Below are positions 1 through 10,200 of a stretch of DNA of 64,000 nucleotides, piece by piece. The DNA comes from a virus. Its lineage: Duplodnaviria > Caudoviricetes. The position numbers and the translations under genes are program-made. Every line of letters begins with the position of its first letter. Within the stretch, counting starts at the first letter, position 1. The notes under the pieces are model-generated. The model was not told the origin of the DNA and searched no databases. It worked only from the letters and a program-made list of their open reading frames with translations. The stretch lies in IMG/VR virus record IMGVR_UViG_3300036785_000305, positions 2,232 through 66,231 of that record. The stretch is one strand, 5' to 3'.

Positions 1-216
1 AAAGTCTCCGGCAATGCTCCGGACTGCGTTGTCAACCTCGAAACCTCGCCAGACGGTACCACGTGGACCGTCGTAGATGTGGTCACTGGCGGGAACCGCT
101 GGGCGCTGGCAGGCCTCCATGCCAACGTCCAGCACGTCCGCTCCAACGTCATCAACCTCGGGGCGGCAGGACTACCAATCTCAACAACCCTCGTATACGG
201 CAACTAGGGAGGGGTC

Positions 217-672
217 GTGGTAGCAGCCAGGAAGAAACCAGCTCAAAGGACCGGCGCGGGTTCCGGGGTAGCTGATGACCCGCGCTTCCTCTCCGTGTCC
301 AAGGGTGCCTCGCGTGCCAGGGAAGTTCCCATTCCTGACGCGAACCCCAGCTGGCTTCCGGCGGCACGGTCCTGGTTCCGCTCCCTGGCGCTGTCGGGCC
401 AGTCTGAGTTCTATGAGGCTTCAGACTGGTCCACGGCAGTACTTGCGGCACAGATCTATGACATGTTCTTGCGGTCGCATCATGCGAATCTGCTGCCGTC
501 ATTCGAGCGGCTGTCGGCGAGGCTCGGCGTGACGGTAGCCGACCGAAAGCGCAACCGCATCGAACTCAACGAGCCTGAAGTTACTGACATCGATGAGGAA
601 GCTGCCGACCAGGCGGTCGTCGACTGGCACGGCCGCCTCGGCATCGTGCGTGATACCGGAACGGACGGGTAG
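217..672 (+). CDS. terminase small subunit
   Basis: 151 aa upstream of TerL; 'WFRSLALSGQSEFYEASDW...LGVTVADRKR' resembles actinophage TerS. Confidence 0.75.
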   Translation: MVAARKKPAQRTGAGSGVADDPRFLSVSKGASRAREVPIPDANPSWLPAARSWFRSLALSGQSEFYEASDWSTAVLAAQIYDMFLRSHHANLLPSFERLSARLGVTVADRKRNRIELNEPEVTDIDEEAADQAVVDWHGRLGIVRDTGTDG

Positions 673-674
673 CC

Positions 675-1523
675 ATGGTCAATTTTAATCCTGGCGAGTT
701 CCGGGGATTCCACGGGCGCTGGCAGTTGGGTGGAGAGCGCCACGCTCATCTCCGACGCAGGAAAGGAATTCTTGGCGCGGTAGAGCACGCCGCTAGTGCC
801 GGAATTGCCAGGGATAGCCGCAAGGTTGAGCGGGATGCTATCAGGGCACAAAGAGCTTCCAATGTGCAGATCCGGAGGGTTGCCGAGGCTACCGCGAGGT
901 CACGCGGCATATCTACGTCAACGTTCAGGCAAGCCGAGAGGCAAGCGGGCGTAGGCAGAGGCACTGAAAGGGCCGCAGCCGGGGAAGGCAAGAAAGAAGC
1001 GCGAAAGACGACACGGCGTAGGCGTAGCAGACTACGGTCGATCACACGTGGTCGGTATGGGCGCAGGAGGTTTGGTGGGGGACGTTCGCACGTGGCCGGG
1101 CTTCTCAGGGCGGTTGCCCTAGCACGTTTGCTCCGCGGGCGCAAGAAGACGACTGCCGGTACCAGAGTCCATGTCCCAGGCGTACCGACCGCCAAGAAGG
1201 CGCCAAAGCCAAAGAAGGCAAAGGCAAAGGCAAAGCCGAAGGCAAAGCCAAAGGCAAAGCCGCGTAACATTAGGCCACCGAAGGCACCTACTGGTAAGCG
1301 ACCATCGACTGGGACGGGCAAGGGCGTAGCTCAGAAGGTTACGCCGTCATCGCAGGTGATGGCGAACCTTCAGAGGTACGTTAACGCGCCTGGCGGTGCC
1401 CGGGCCGGTGTCGGCACGGCCGGAAGGTCATCGACGGCGAGATCCGGTGTCAGCGCTGGAGCAAGGGCAGGCGCTAGGTCGTCGTCCGGACGTTCGCTGG
1501 TTGTTGGAGGAAGACGGCACTAG
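675..1523 (+). CDS. highly basic Arg/Lys-rich protein with KPKA repeats
   Basis: 282-aa ORF exactly filling the TerS-TerL gap; N-terminal 'FNPGEFRGFHGRW'; low-complexity basic body. Confidence 0.6.
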   Translation: MVNFNPGEFRGFHGRWQLGGERHAHLRRRKGILGAVEHAASAGIARDSRKVERDAIRAQRASNVQIRRVAEATARSRGISTSTFRQAERQAGVGRGTERAAAGEGKKEARKTTRRRRSRLRSITRGRYGRRRFGGGRSHVAGLLRAVALARLLRGRKKTTAGTRVHVPGVPTAKKAPKPKKAKAKAKPKAKPKAKPRNIRPPKAPTGKRPSTGTGKGVAQKVTPSSQVMANLQRYVNAPGGARAGVGTAGRSSTARSGVSAGARAGARSSSGRSLVVGGRRH

Positions 1524-1539
1524 CTGATTGGGGTGACTT

Positions 1540-3195
1540 ATGGACATTGCGCCGCGTGACCGTCTCGTCACCCTGCCGGAGGGGATTCCTAAGCTCACCC
1601 TTGGCTGGGAAGCTATTCACTGGGCGTCGAAGTACCTCAAACAACCAGACGGGCCGGATGCGGGAGACCGCTGGGAGTTTACGGAATCGCAAGTGCGCTT
1701 CCTTCTGTGGTGGTACGCGATACGGGAGGATGGGCGTTGGGTTTTCTACCATGGTGTACGGCGCTACCCAAAAGGCGCTGGGAAGTCCCCATTCGCGGCT
1801 GTACTAGCCATGATCGAGCTGCTAGCGCCCGTTCGCCTGCTCAAATACGATCTCGACGCGCCTGGTGGATGTCTTGGCAAGGTTGTATCTATGCCGCTCG
1901 TTCAGATCGGCGCTTCATCTCATGACCAGGCAAACATCAACACAATGCGCATGGTCCGGGCTCTCCTACCAAAGAATTCGAGAATCCTCAAGGACTATGA
2001 TGTCGAAGCTGGCAAAACCATCTTCCATATCCCAGGCGGTGGCCAGCTCATGGTCATCACGTCTTCTCCCACTACCGAGGAAGGGGCGCTGGTCACGTTT
2101 GCGATTCTGGACCAGACGGAATCGTTTACGCCGTCCAACGGTGGAGTTGAACTTGCCGAAGTTATGGACCGTAACGTCGGCAAGTCTGGGTCGCGGATTA
2201 TCGAGACTTCGAATGCCTGGGAGCCGGGGAAGGAAACCGTTGCTGAGAACACGTTTGATGCTTGGGTGGCGCAGGAGGAAGGGCGCCTCAAAGGCAAAGG
2301 CCGTATCCTATATGATGCGCGCATGGCCCCTCCTGATGTCGATTTCGATGACATCGCCTCGATTCGCAAGGCTGTCGAGTTTGCTTATGGTGATGCTTAT
2401 TGGGTGGATGTTGAGGATATTGTGGAGAACCGCATCCTCTCGCCTCGCACACCGCTCGATGTCTCGAAGCGTTATTACCTCAATTGGCCAGAGTCTCCAG
2501 AAGATGCCTGGACCACGCCACAGAAGTGGGCGCGTCTTGCGGATGTTGAATTCCGTATTGAAGATGGCTCTGATATCGCAATGTTCTTCGATGGCTCGCG
2601 GACTTCGGATGCTACGGCTCTGGTTGGATGTCATATAGAGACCGGGTTTGTATTCTCGCTCGGTATCTGGGAGCCTTTGGGATCTGGGAAGCCGATCCCG
2701 GTCGATGAGGTACACTATGCCGTACGGGCGGCAAAGGAAAAGTGGAACGTATGTGCGTTCTTCGGGGACGTTAATGAGTGGGAAGAGTCCACGAAGATAA
2801 CTTGGCGTGAGGAATTCGAGGATACGCTGGACGTATGGGCGGTGCCGACCGGGCGCGACCCGCAGCCGGTTGCCTGGGACATGCGCTCGCACGTCGCGGA
2901 ATTCACGCATGCGTGCGAAATGGTACTTGGCGAGATTGATTCGCCCGTGCCGTCATTCAAACACGATGGCGACTCGGCGCTAGGCCGTCACGTAGCGAAT
3001 GCCCGGCGTCGGCCGAACCGCTGGGGCGTGTCAATCGGCAAGGAGTCTCCTAAGTCGCCTAAGAAGATTGACGCCTGCGTCTCTATGATCGGGGCGCGGC
3101 ACGCTCGACGTCTCGTGCTAGCTTCAAAGAAGTACAAGGAACGCAAGGATGCTGCCATGAAGCGTGGTGGCCGTCGTGTCTGGAGTTTCAGCTAA
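1540..3195 (+). CDS. terminase large subunit
   Basis: Walker A-like 'PKGAGKS'; nuclease motifs 'FFDGSRTSDATAL' and 'KKIDACVS'. Confidence 0.95.
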   Translation: MDIAPRDRLVTLPEGIPKLTLGWEAIHWASKYLKQPDGPDAGDRWEFTESQVRFLLWWYAIREDGRWVFYHGVRRYPKGAGKSPFAAVLAMIELLAPVRLLKYDLDAPGGCLGKVVSMPLVQIGASSHDQANINTMRMVRALLPKNSRILKDYDVEAGKTIFHIPGGGQLMVITSSPTTEEGALVTFAILDQTESFTPSNGGVELAEVMDRNVGKSGSRIIETSNAWEPGKETVAENTFDAWVAQEEGRLKGKGRILYDARMAPPDVDFDDIASIRKAVEFAYGDAYWVDVEDIVENRILSPRTPLDVSKRYYLNWPESPEDAWTTPQKWARLADVEFRIEDGSDIAMFFDGSRTSDATALVGCHIETGFVFSLGIWEPLGSGKPIPVDEVHYAVRAAKEKWNVCAFFGDVNEWEESTKITWREEFEDTLDVWAVPTGRDPQPVAWDMRSHVAEFTHACEMVLGEIDSPVPSFKHDGDSALGRHVANARRRPNRWGVSIGKESPKSPKKIDACVSMIGARHARRLVLASKKYKERKDAAMKRGGRRVWSFS

Positions 3196-3293
3196 TGAGA
3201 AGGTTCACACTTATAGAGTTGATGCTTATGGTATCGGCCGGATGCTTCATAGTCATCACCATCGCCGTAGGGCATATAGCTGGGTGGTGGTAG
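3195..3293 (+). CDS. 32-aa membrane peptide with type IV pilin-like N-terminus (MRRFTLIELMLMVSAGCFIVITIAVGHIAGWW)
   Basis: ATG overlaps the TerL stop (TAATG); stop lies 1 nt before the portal ATG; below ORF-track cutoff, translated by hand. Confidence 0.65.
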   Translation: MRRFTLIELMLMVSAGCFIVITIAVGHIAGWW

Positions 3294-3294
3294 T

Positions 3295-4893
3295 ATGATT
3301 ATCGGGACAAATGACGTTGTTGAGGTCGTCAATACAGCGCTCGACGCTAGGCAGGCCGAGCAGACCCGTCTGCGTCGTATAGGGCAGTACGTTCGTGGAC
3401 GGCAAGACCCGCCCTATATTCCCAGGGGCGTTAATGCGGAGTACCGCTGGATTGCTAAGAAGGCAAGGCGTAACTTCTTGCCGCTCGTCGTGTCGGTGAT
3501 CTCGGAGAACCTACACGTTGACGGCTACAAGCCAGCTGGCACTACGGCGAATGAGATGGCGTCTCCGCAGAAGCCGCAACCAGAGTGGGATGCGTTCCGG
3601 GCAAATCGAATGGTGTCGCGGCAGCACGGGGTTCATCGCTCGGTTATCAAGTATGGTGCGGCATACACTCTCGTGCTGCCGGGCATGATGGCTTCTGATG
3701 AGGAGCAACTCGCTGATGTTCCGGTGATCCGGCCCGTGTCACCGCGCCGGATGACGGCGTTCTATGCGGACCCGATTGACGATGAGTGGCCGCAGTTTGC
3801 TATCGAGGTAGACATCAAGAATCTGCCCAAGGGCAAGCAGCAAATGATAGTCTACGTTTACGATGAGGAGTACAGGTATATCCTGCAGGGGAATGTTTCG
3901 CCGAATGCTACGACTTCTCAGCTCCAGCTAGCGGACGCATCGAATGCTCTTCTTCAGGGGCAGCCGACGGTAGCTCAGCATAGTATGGGGATCTGTCCGG
4001 TCGTCCGGTTCCTGTATGAAGTTGACCTTGACGGCGAGGATGACTGTGTAGGCGAGATCGAGCCGATCATGCCGATCCAGGACCAGATCAACTTCGATAC
4101 GTTCAATCTAATGATCTCGACGCAGTTTGCCGCGTTCCGGCAGAGGTACGTCTCGGGTATGTCGCCGGTCGATGAGGAGGGTCGTGAGCAAGCTCCATTC
4201 CGCCCAGGCGTGGATCGTGTATGGGCTTCAGATGATCCGACCACGAAGTTTGGCGAATTCGGGGAGACGGCTCTCCAGCCATACTCATTGGTGCGGGAAG
4301 ACGGCATACGGCATATGTCGACAATCTGCCAGGTACCGCCGTATCACCTGCTCGGTCAGGTTGCGAATATGTCAGCTGAGGCGCTCGCTGCGGCACGGGA
4401 TGGTTTCGATCGGAAGGTTGAGGAACTTCAGGCTGCCCTAACCGACCCGTGGCGAAATGTCTTCAGGCTTGTGGACCTGGCATCAGGAAATGACAAAGGA
4501 TGGAACGACCTGTTCGGCACGATCGTATGGAGGGACACGTCGGCGCGGGCATTCACGTCAACGATCCAGGGCCTAGTCGCTATCGCGCAGCAACTTGGCG
4601 TACCGGCGACGGAGCTATGGCAGAGAATCCCAGGGGCCACCGCGGATGACGTTGCTTCCTGGCAGCTCGCATACCAGAGGCAGCAGGCTCAGGCGATAGT
4701 GGAGAATATGATCCAGCAGCAGGCGGCAGCGGCCCAGGCTGCGGGTACTACTGTCCCTCCGGGTTCGGTGCCTCCCGGGCAGGCTCCTGGCGTTGGCGTA
4801 ATCCCGGCCGGTGGGGTTGGTCCTATCTCACCGCCGCCGCCGGCATTGCCTCCTGGTTCGCCTCCTGCTGGGGGAGGTCCGGCTCAGCCATGA
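3295..4893 (+). CDS. portal protein (SPP1 gp6-like)
   Basis: Position after TerL; 532 aa; 'QFAAFRQRY', 'VPPYHLLGQVANMSAEAL'; Pro-rich tail. Confidence 0.9.
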   Translation: MIIGTNDVVEVVNTALDARQAEQTRLRRIGQYVRGRQDPPYIPRGVNAEYRWIAKKARRNFLPLVVSVISENLHVDGYKPAGTTANEMASPQKPQPEWDAFRANRMVSRQHGVHRSVIKYGAAYTLVLPGMMASDEEQLADVPVIRPVSPRRMTAFYADPIDDEWPQFAIEVDIKNLPKGKQQMIVYVYDEEYRYILQGNVSPNATTSQLQLADASNALLQGQPTVAQHSMGICPVVRFLYEVDLDGEDDCVGEIEPIMPIQDQINFDTFNLMISTQFAAFRQRYVSGMSPVDEEGREQAPFRPGVDRVWASDDPTTKFGEFGETALQPYSLVREDGIRHMSTICQVPPYHLLGQVANMSAEALAAARDGFDRKVEELQAALTDPWRNVFRLVDLASGNDKGWNDLFGTIVWRDTSARAFTSTIQGLVAIAQQLGVPATELWQRIPGATADDVASWQLAYQRQQAQAIVENMIQQQAAAAQAAGTTVPPGSVPPGQAPGVGVIPAGGVGPISPPPPALPPGSPPAGGGPAQP

Positions 4894-5714
4894 TGATTCC
4901 CGTTTCTGACAGGCAGGCATCAGATCTGCTATTCAGTATGTACAAAGGACATCAGAAGTTGATCGCGGCGCGGGTCTCAGCAGCTATTGGGTCATTTTGG
5001 TCGTCGATGATTGACCCGGCATACTTCAATGATACGTGGAATCGTTTCAGCCCGATCGTGAGAGGTATCATTGATACGCACTATCAGATGTCTGCTGCTG
5101 ACGCTAGCAACTACTATGGGCTGTCTCGTGCTGTTGCTGGTTTTGTCGGCCCTACTGTTCCTGGCAGGAATCTTGGTAGCGGGTACCTTGAGACATTGAC
5201 AGACAAGGCAGGCAAGGGCTCGTTCTATCAGCATGTCGATAGCGGTAAGCCTGTGGCGGTAGCCTCAGAGATGGCTCGGCGCGGTCTTATGGGCGCTTCG
5301 GTGCGGGTAGTCCTCAATGGCGGACGCAATACGGTAACAAATGCAGCAGCGGGGGATAATGTTGCTACTGGCTGGGAGCGTATTGTTGAATCTAGCCCCT
5401 GTGCCGATTGTGCTAGGCGTGCTGCTAGCGGTGGTGTACGTAAAGAACAATCGTCTTCGTTCCGTGCGCACGATCACTGTACGTGTCTGGCTCGCGTTGT
5501 ATTCAGGGGTCAGAGTTCGGCTAATGCTGGCCTCGCTGAAGAGTGGGGACGGACGACGATGGGTAAGAATGGGAAGGACGCGATAGCGGCCTGGAATCAG
5601 TATTGGAGTGAAAAGAATGGCAGCAACAGGAACGGCGGTGGCGGGGCAGAAGCTACGCCAGCGTCTACAGCAGAAGGGGCAGGCGATGCCCCCGTCGAAG
5701 TCCAATCAGTCTGA
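4890..5714 (+). CDS. MuF-like minor capsid / head morphogenesis protein
   Basis: Follows portal; 'GWERI..SSPCADC...AHDHCTC' Cys/His motif. Confidence 0.75.
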   Translation: MMIPVSDRQASDLLFSMYKGHQKLIAARVSAAIGSFWSSMIDPAYFNDTWNRFSPIVRGIIDTHYQMSAADASNYYGLSRAVAGFVGPTVPGRNLGSGYLETLTDKAGKGSFYQHVDSGKPVAVASEMARRGLMGASVRVVLNGGRNTVTNAAAGDNVATGWERIVESSPCADCARRAASGGVRKEQSSSFRAHDHCTCLARVVFRGQSSANAGLAEEWGRTTMGKNGKDAIAAWNQYWSEKNGSNRNGGGGAEATPASTAEGAGDAPVEVQSV

Positions 5715-5907
5715 CTCGCCGCGCTTCCCGATCCAGGCGCGTACTGGGCCGAACTCGCTGGCGTCGGCTATCAAGGCCGTCGGCCGGGCGCGGCCTAACA
5801 CGCCGGCCGAGCACAACAAGGTTCGCGCCTACATTAAGCGCGTAGCCAAGGCAAAGGGGTGGCACTCGGACATCCCTGACTCCTGGAAGAAAGGTGGCGG
5901 CAAGTGA
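5686..5907 (+). CDS. small head-region protein
   Basis: 'RFPI...SAIKAVGRA...VRAYIKRVAKAKGW..DIPDSW' pattern recalled from actinophage head regions; AGGGG RBS. Confidence 0.6.
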   Translation: MPPSKSNQSDSPRFPIQARTGPNSLASAIKAVGRARPNTPAEHNKVRAYIKRVAKAKGWHSDIPDSWKKGGGK

Positions 5908-6050
5908 ACACCATACTTCTGCGCTCGGGCGCGGAAGTGGAGATGCTCGGAGTCGATGAGGACTCCGGGTGGCCGCTGATCGAGATTCCCGGCATCGGCC
6001 TAGTAACGGTCGATCCGGTCGAGATCCAGGAGGGGTGGAACGATGACTGA
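5904..6050 (+). CDS. hypothetical 48-aa protein
   Basis: GTGA overlap with previous stop; fills gap; translated by hand. Confidence 0.5.
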   Translation: MNTILLRSGAEVEMLGVDEDSGWPLIEIPGIGLVTVDPVEIQEGWNDD

Positions 6051-6414
6051 AGTAATTGACGCTGTCATCAGCACTCTAGATGATCCGGTTCAGCAGTCGG
6101 TTTTGTTCTTCCCGGTCGGGAACGATGTTCAAGTGACCGTGCGGTACCCTAGCATTTCTGACGGTACCGGGTGTCAGTCGGAGTTCTACTACAAGGCCGA
6201 CCGTACGACTTCGGACACAGATCCCTCGACGGTGGTCTTCACTTCCCTGGTCATCGCGGACCCGGATAACACCGGGGCGACGATGTCTACATTCACTATC
6301 GACTCTTCGGACAACGCCATGTCCGGCGCATACTGGTGGAGAGTCGACTTCCTGGATGCGGCGGATTCTCGTACCACCGTTGGGTTCGGAACTCTGATAG
6401 TGGAGGCCGTGTGA
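6043..6414 (+). CDS. hypothetical beta-rich virion protein
   Basis: GGAGG RBS; acidic, beta-strand-like pattern ending 'GTLIVEAV'. Confidence 0.6.
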   Translation: MTEVIDAVISTLDDPVQQSVLFFPVGNDVQVTVRYPSISDGTGCQSEFYYKADRTTSDTDPSTVVFTSLVIADPDNTGATMSTFTIDSSDNAMSGAYWWRVDFLDAADSRTTVGFGTLIVEAV

Positions 6415-6662
6415 TGGGCACTAATCCTCCGGAGCATACCCAGATGCCGGCGCAGCTACTGCGGTACTGGACGACGGGGGCTGGGGCGGCCAAGCTTCAC
6501 TGGGGAGTCCCCGGTGACTTCGACGCTTGCGTAGCCACGCTCTCGAAGTACGTTTCGCCGGGCATGGTAAAGGGTCTCTGCGCTAACATCCACCGGCACG
6601 CAACCGGAGGCTGGCCCGGGCACGCTCCTGGTGAAGAAGCACTCCGAAAAGTCAAGGGCTGA
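6414..6662 (+). CDS. small head-region protein
   Basis: TGATG coupling; 'YWTTGAGAAKLHWGVPGDFDAC...GLCANIH' motif recalled from actinophage head modules. Confidence 0.6.
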   Translation: MGTNPPEHTQMPAQLLRYWTTGAGAAKLHWGVPGDFDACVATLSKYVSPGMVKGLCANIHRHATGGWPGHAPGEEALRKVKG

Positions 6663-6668
6663 AGGGTC

Positions 6669-6697
6669 TAGACTTCCGGACGTGGATAGGCTATAAT
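6669..6697 (+). promoter_or_regulatory. sigma70/HrdB-like promoter TAGACT-N17-TATAAT
   Basis: Intergenic; matches the promoter family repeated in the right arm. Confidence 0.65.
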
Positions 6698-6726
6698 CGC
6701 GGTAGGCATAGGACTGGAGGGGTTCG

Positions 6727-7209
6727 ATGAGCGAGGTCAAGGTGAGGACCGGCTCTGTAAGAACTTCGCCGACCCAGATGAGGACTCGCGGTGAACGTCC
6801 GCCTCGCCTGGTTCCTGTGACTGAGCAGATGCCTGGGGAAGTTGACCCCCGTTATAGTTCCGTTATACAGACTCTTACGGTCCTGCCTGCGACGATCAAC
6901 CTGGTTATATATCAGGGCGATGACTTCTTCTTTGACATGCAAGTCATGGATCAGAACAGCAATCTGATCGATCTTACTAATTCACAGCCGATGAGCCAGA
7001 TCCGGCTAAACCCTGATGCTCCGACGATTCTTGCCAGTTTTGTCGTAACGATTGACACCGGTGTTCTTGGATTGCTACATTTCCATCTTCCGGCCATTCA
7101 GTCCAATCTTCTGCCTCTGACATCGGCTTGGGACGTACAGCTGTCGAATCCGAACATAACGACTCTCGCAGCCGGGTCGGTTACCTGTGAGCCGCAGGTG
7201 ACGCAATGA
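6727..7209 (+). CDS. hypothetical virion protein (fibre adaptor-like)
   Basis: 'NLVIYQGDDF...WDVQL...TLAAGSVT' pattern typical of phage fibre N-terminal modules; GGAGG RBS. Confidence 0.55.
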   Translation: MSEVKVRTGSVRTSPTQMRTRGERPPRLVPVTEQMPGEVDPRYSSVIQTLTVLPATINLVIYQGDDFFFDMQVMDQNSNLIDLTNSQPMSQIRLNPDAPTILASFVVTIDTGVLGLLHFHLPAIQSNLLPLTSAWDVQLSNPNITTLAAGSVTCEPQVTQ

Positions 7210-10200
7210 CCGAAACGTACGAGCCATTCCAGGTTACGGTGACGGCGCAGGCTACGCCGGTAGTCACGGCGATACTGCCATCGACGGCACAGGGTAGTAC
7301 GCCGTCGGTGATGTGGTATAACGTCAAGACGATGTACGGCGCGGATAATGCCGGAAACATAGACTCGACTACGGTCATCCAGAACGCGATCAACGCGGCG
7401 CATAATGCTGGTGGCGGGGTCGTATACTTCCAGCCTGGCACGTATAAGATCAGCGCGCCTCTCGTAGTTTACGGTGGCATCCAGATACGCGGCGATGGCG
7501 ATGCCAATACCGTCATTAACCAGACGTCTTCTGGCTCCAACTGCTTCACTGGAACTGACCTAAACAATTTCAAGGTAAGCAACATCCAGCTGTCCGGTCC
7601 AGCGGCCGGAACCGGCAAAGGAATTCAGCTTGGGCTAAGCTCCCATGCTAGCACGGGATTCCTACATTTCGAGGATGTTTTTGTACAGAAGTTCGGCGGG
7701 GATGCTATTGACATCGACACCCCGATGGCGTCGGTGTTCGATAGGATCATAACGCAAAGTAATAATGGCAATGGCTGGAATACGCATAGCTCGACGTACG
7801 GCGATAGCTGTGTCTGGAATGCCTGCTTCTCAAAGAGCAACGGGCTAGCCGGGTTCACGCATACCAATTTGAATTACTCGGACATGAATGGCTGTGCGTC
7901 CGACGGGAATGCGCAGGGCATCGTCCTGACCAACTGCCAGTCCGTGGTGATTAATGGTCCCGGCGCGGAATCGAATACCGGGGACAACTTCACGATTTCT
8001 GGCGGGTTCGGCAACGTCCTGGTTTCGCCGCGCGTATTCCAGAACGCTAACTACGGCATCAGGCTGACGGCGAACGCGAAGAACTGCTCAGTTATCGCCG
8101 CTGTTGATATCGCTCCTTTGCCAGGCGCGGTAGCTTTCGTCATTACGGACGCTGGTACTACCTGCTCGGTGATGAATATCAACAATACGTCTCCGTTGAC
8201 GTTTAATGGCTCGGTTACCGTCCTGAATGATGGCAGCGGAGACATTTCCGCGCCGGGACTGATTACTGCGTACGGCGGGATCGATACTACTGGGTTGTCG
8301 ACGAGTGCTGTTGCGAAGACTGGTGCCTATACGCTTACCGGGACTGATAGTACCATACTTGCTAATGCGAATAGCGCCGCGTTCTCGGTAACGCTGCCGA
8401 GCGCTGCAGCCGCCGGTATCGCCGGGCAGATCTACACCGTCAAGAAGATTGATGCCTCGGCTAATGTAGTGACCGTAGCTACTCAGAGTAGCCAAACGAT
8501 TGATGGCAAGCCGAATGCCACCTTGACGACGCAGTATAACTTCGTCATGGTTCAGTCGGACGGAGCTAACTGGCAGATTATCGGCGGTATCGCAGTTGGC
8601 GCTACGGGGCCGCAAGGTCCGGTAGGTCCATCGCCAGCCCAGATAATTGATGTTGGTGATAATGCTGCTGCATGGTCGTATGTACAAGGCAATAATGGCT
8701 TCATGCCAACGACGGCCCAAGGCAATCCTGGTACATCATATTTGCTGTCGAATAGCAATTTCACGGTCGGTCGGAATATTGGGCCTCAGGCGCATTACCA
8801 GTTTGATTGTTATATCGCGGCAGGCGGATGGATTAATTTCTACTTTGGATGTAATTCGGCCGGAGCCGGTTACATGTCCAGAATTGATACTCGTTCGGGC
8901 CAGCCGAATGGAATAAGCACCGCAACTGCATGGAACACATTCAGTGGTGTGAATGGGGCTTTGCCTGCAGCTACCGCTGGTGTGTGGCACACGGTTACGG
9001 TCGATGTAGGCTCGAACCTGCTTACCATGAAGGTCGATGGGGTAATTGTCTATAGCGGTAATCTTGGCGGTACAATTGCTCCAATGGGCAATTATATTGG
9101 CATGAGTACTGCGGCAACTACTTCTTACTTTGACAATATCTATGTTGGTTATTCAGGGCCGGTTAGCTCACCGTTGCAGGCATTTGATATTGCGGATAGT
9201 GCTGCGGCCTGGAACTATGGAGCGGGCAACGCAGGATTTGCTGTATCTGGCGCCCAAGGTAATCCGGGCAACTCTTATATCGTACCGGCTGCGGTAGTCG
9301 TTACGCGGAATATCGGGGCTCAGACTCACTACCAGTTCGACTGCTATATCCCGGCAAACCTTCTGTGCGATTTCTACTTCGGGTGTAACGCGCTCGGAGC
9401 TGGCTATATCGCTCGCGTCGATAGCCGGGCCGGAACGAACTGTGGCGTAGGCACAACTACGTCCTGGGGCGCTTTCGCTGGTATTGTGGGGTCGGCAAAT
9501 ATTGGTCCAGTTACTTCTGGCGTATGGCACACCGTCACGATCGATGTAGGCATAAACCTTATAACGATGAAGATTGACGGGATACTGGCTCATAGCGGTA
9601 ATATGGGCGGTACCGTCAACTCTATGGGCGCATTTATAGGGCTATCCAGTGAGACTGGATCTTGCTACTTTGACAATATTGGCATTGGCTATAGTAGTCC
9701 TCCTGCTTCTCAGCTAGGCGTTCTGTGGTATAATGTCAAGACGATGTTCGGCGCGGACCCAACTGGCAACATCGATGCGACGGCCGCGATCAATAACGCT
9801 ATTGTCGCCGCGAATGCGACGGGATATGGCGGTACTGTTTACTTGCCGCCTGGGTGGTACAAGATATCATCTCCAATAAATTTCAACAACTGTAACTTTG
9901 TCGAGCTTCGCGGTGATGGTACCGCATCAAGGCTTCAGCCAACTGCTGCGTTTGCGGGTGCTGCGGCAATCATTTCTACGGGTGGCGGTCGTAACGCTGT
10001 AAATAATTTCTTGATTCAATTCACCACGGCATGGAATACTAACCCGGTTGCTGATGGTATTCAGGTCGTACATTCTCCGTACTTCCAGACTACAAATGTA
10101 GAAGTCCTAGCTTTCAACGGGTATGGTATAAGCGTCATATGTGACGCAACTGGTGGTAGTTCATGGGCGCATATTAGTAGGCTCTTTGCGAATGGTTGCA

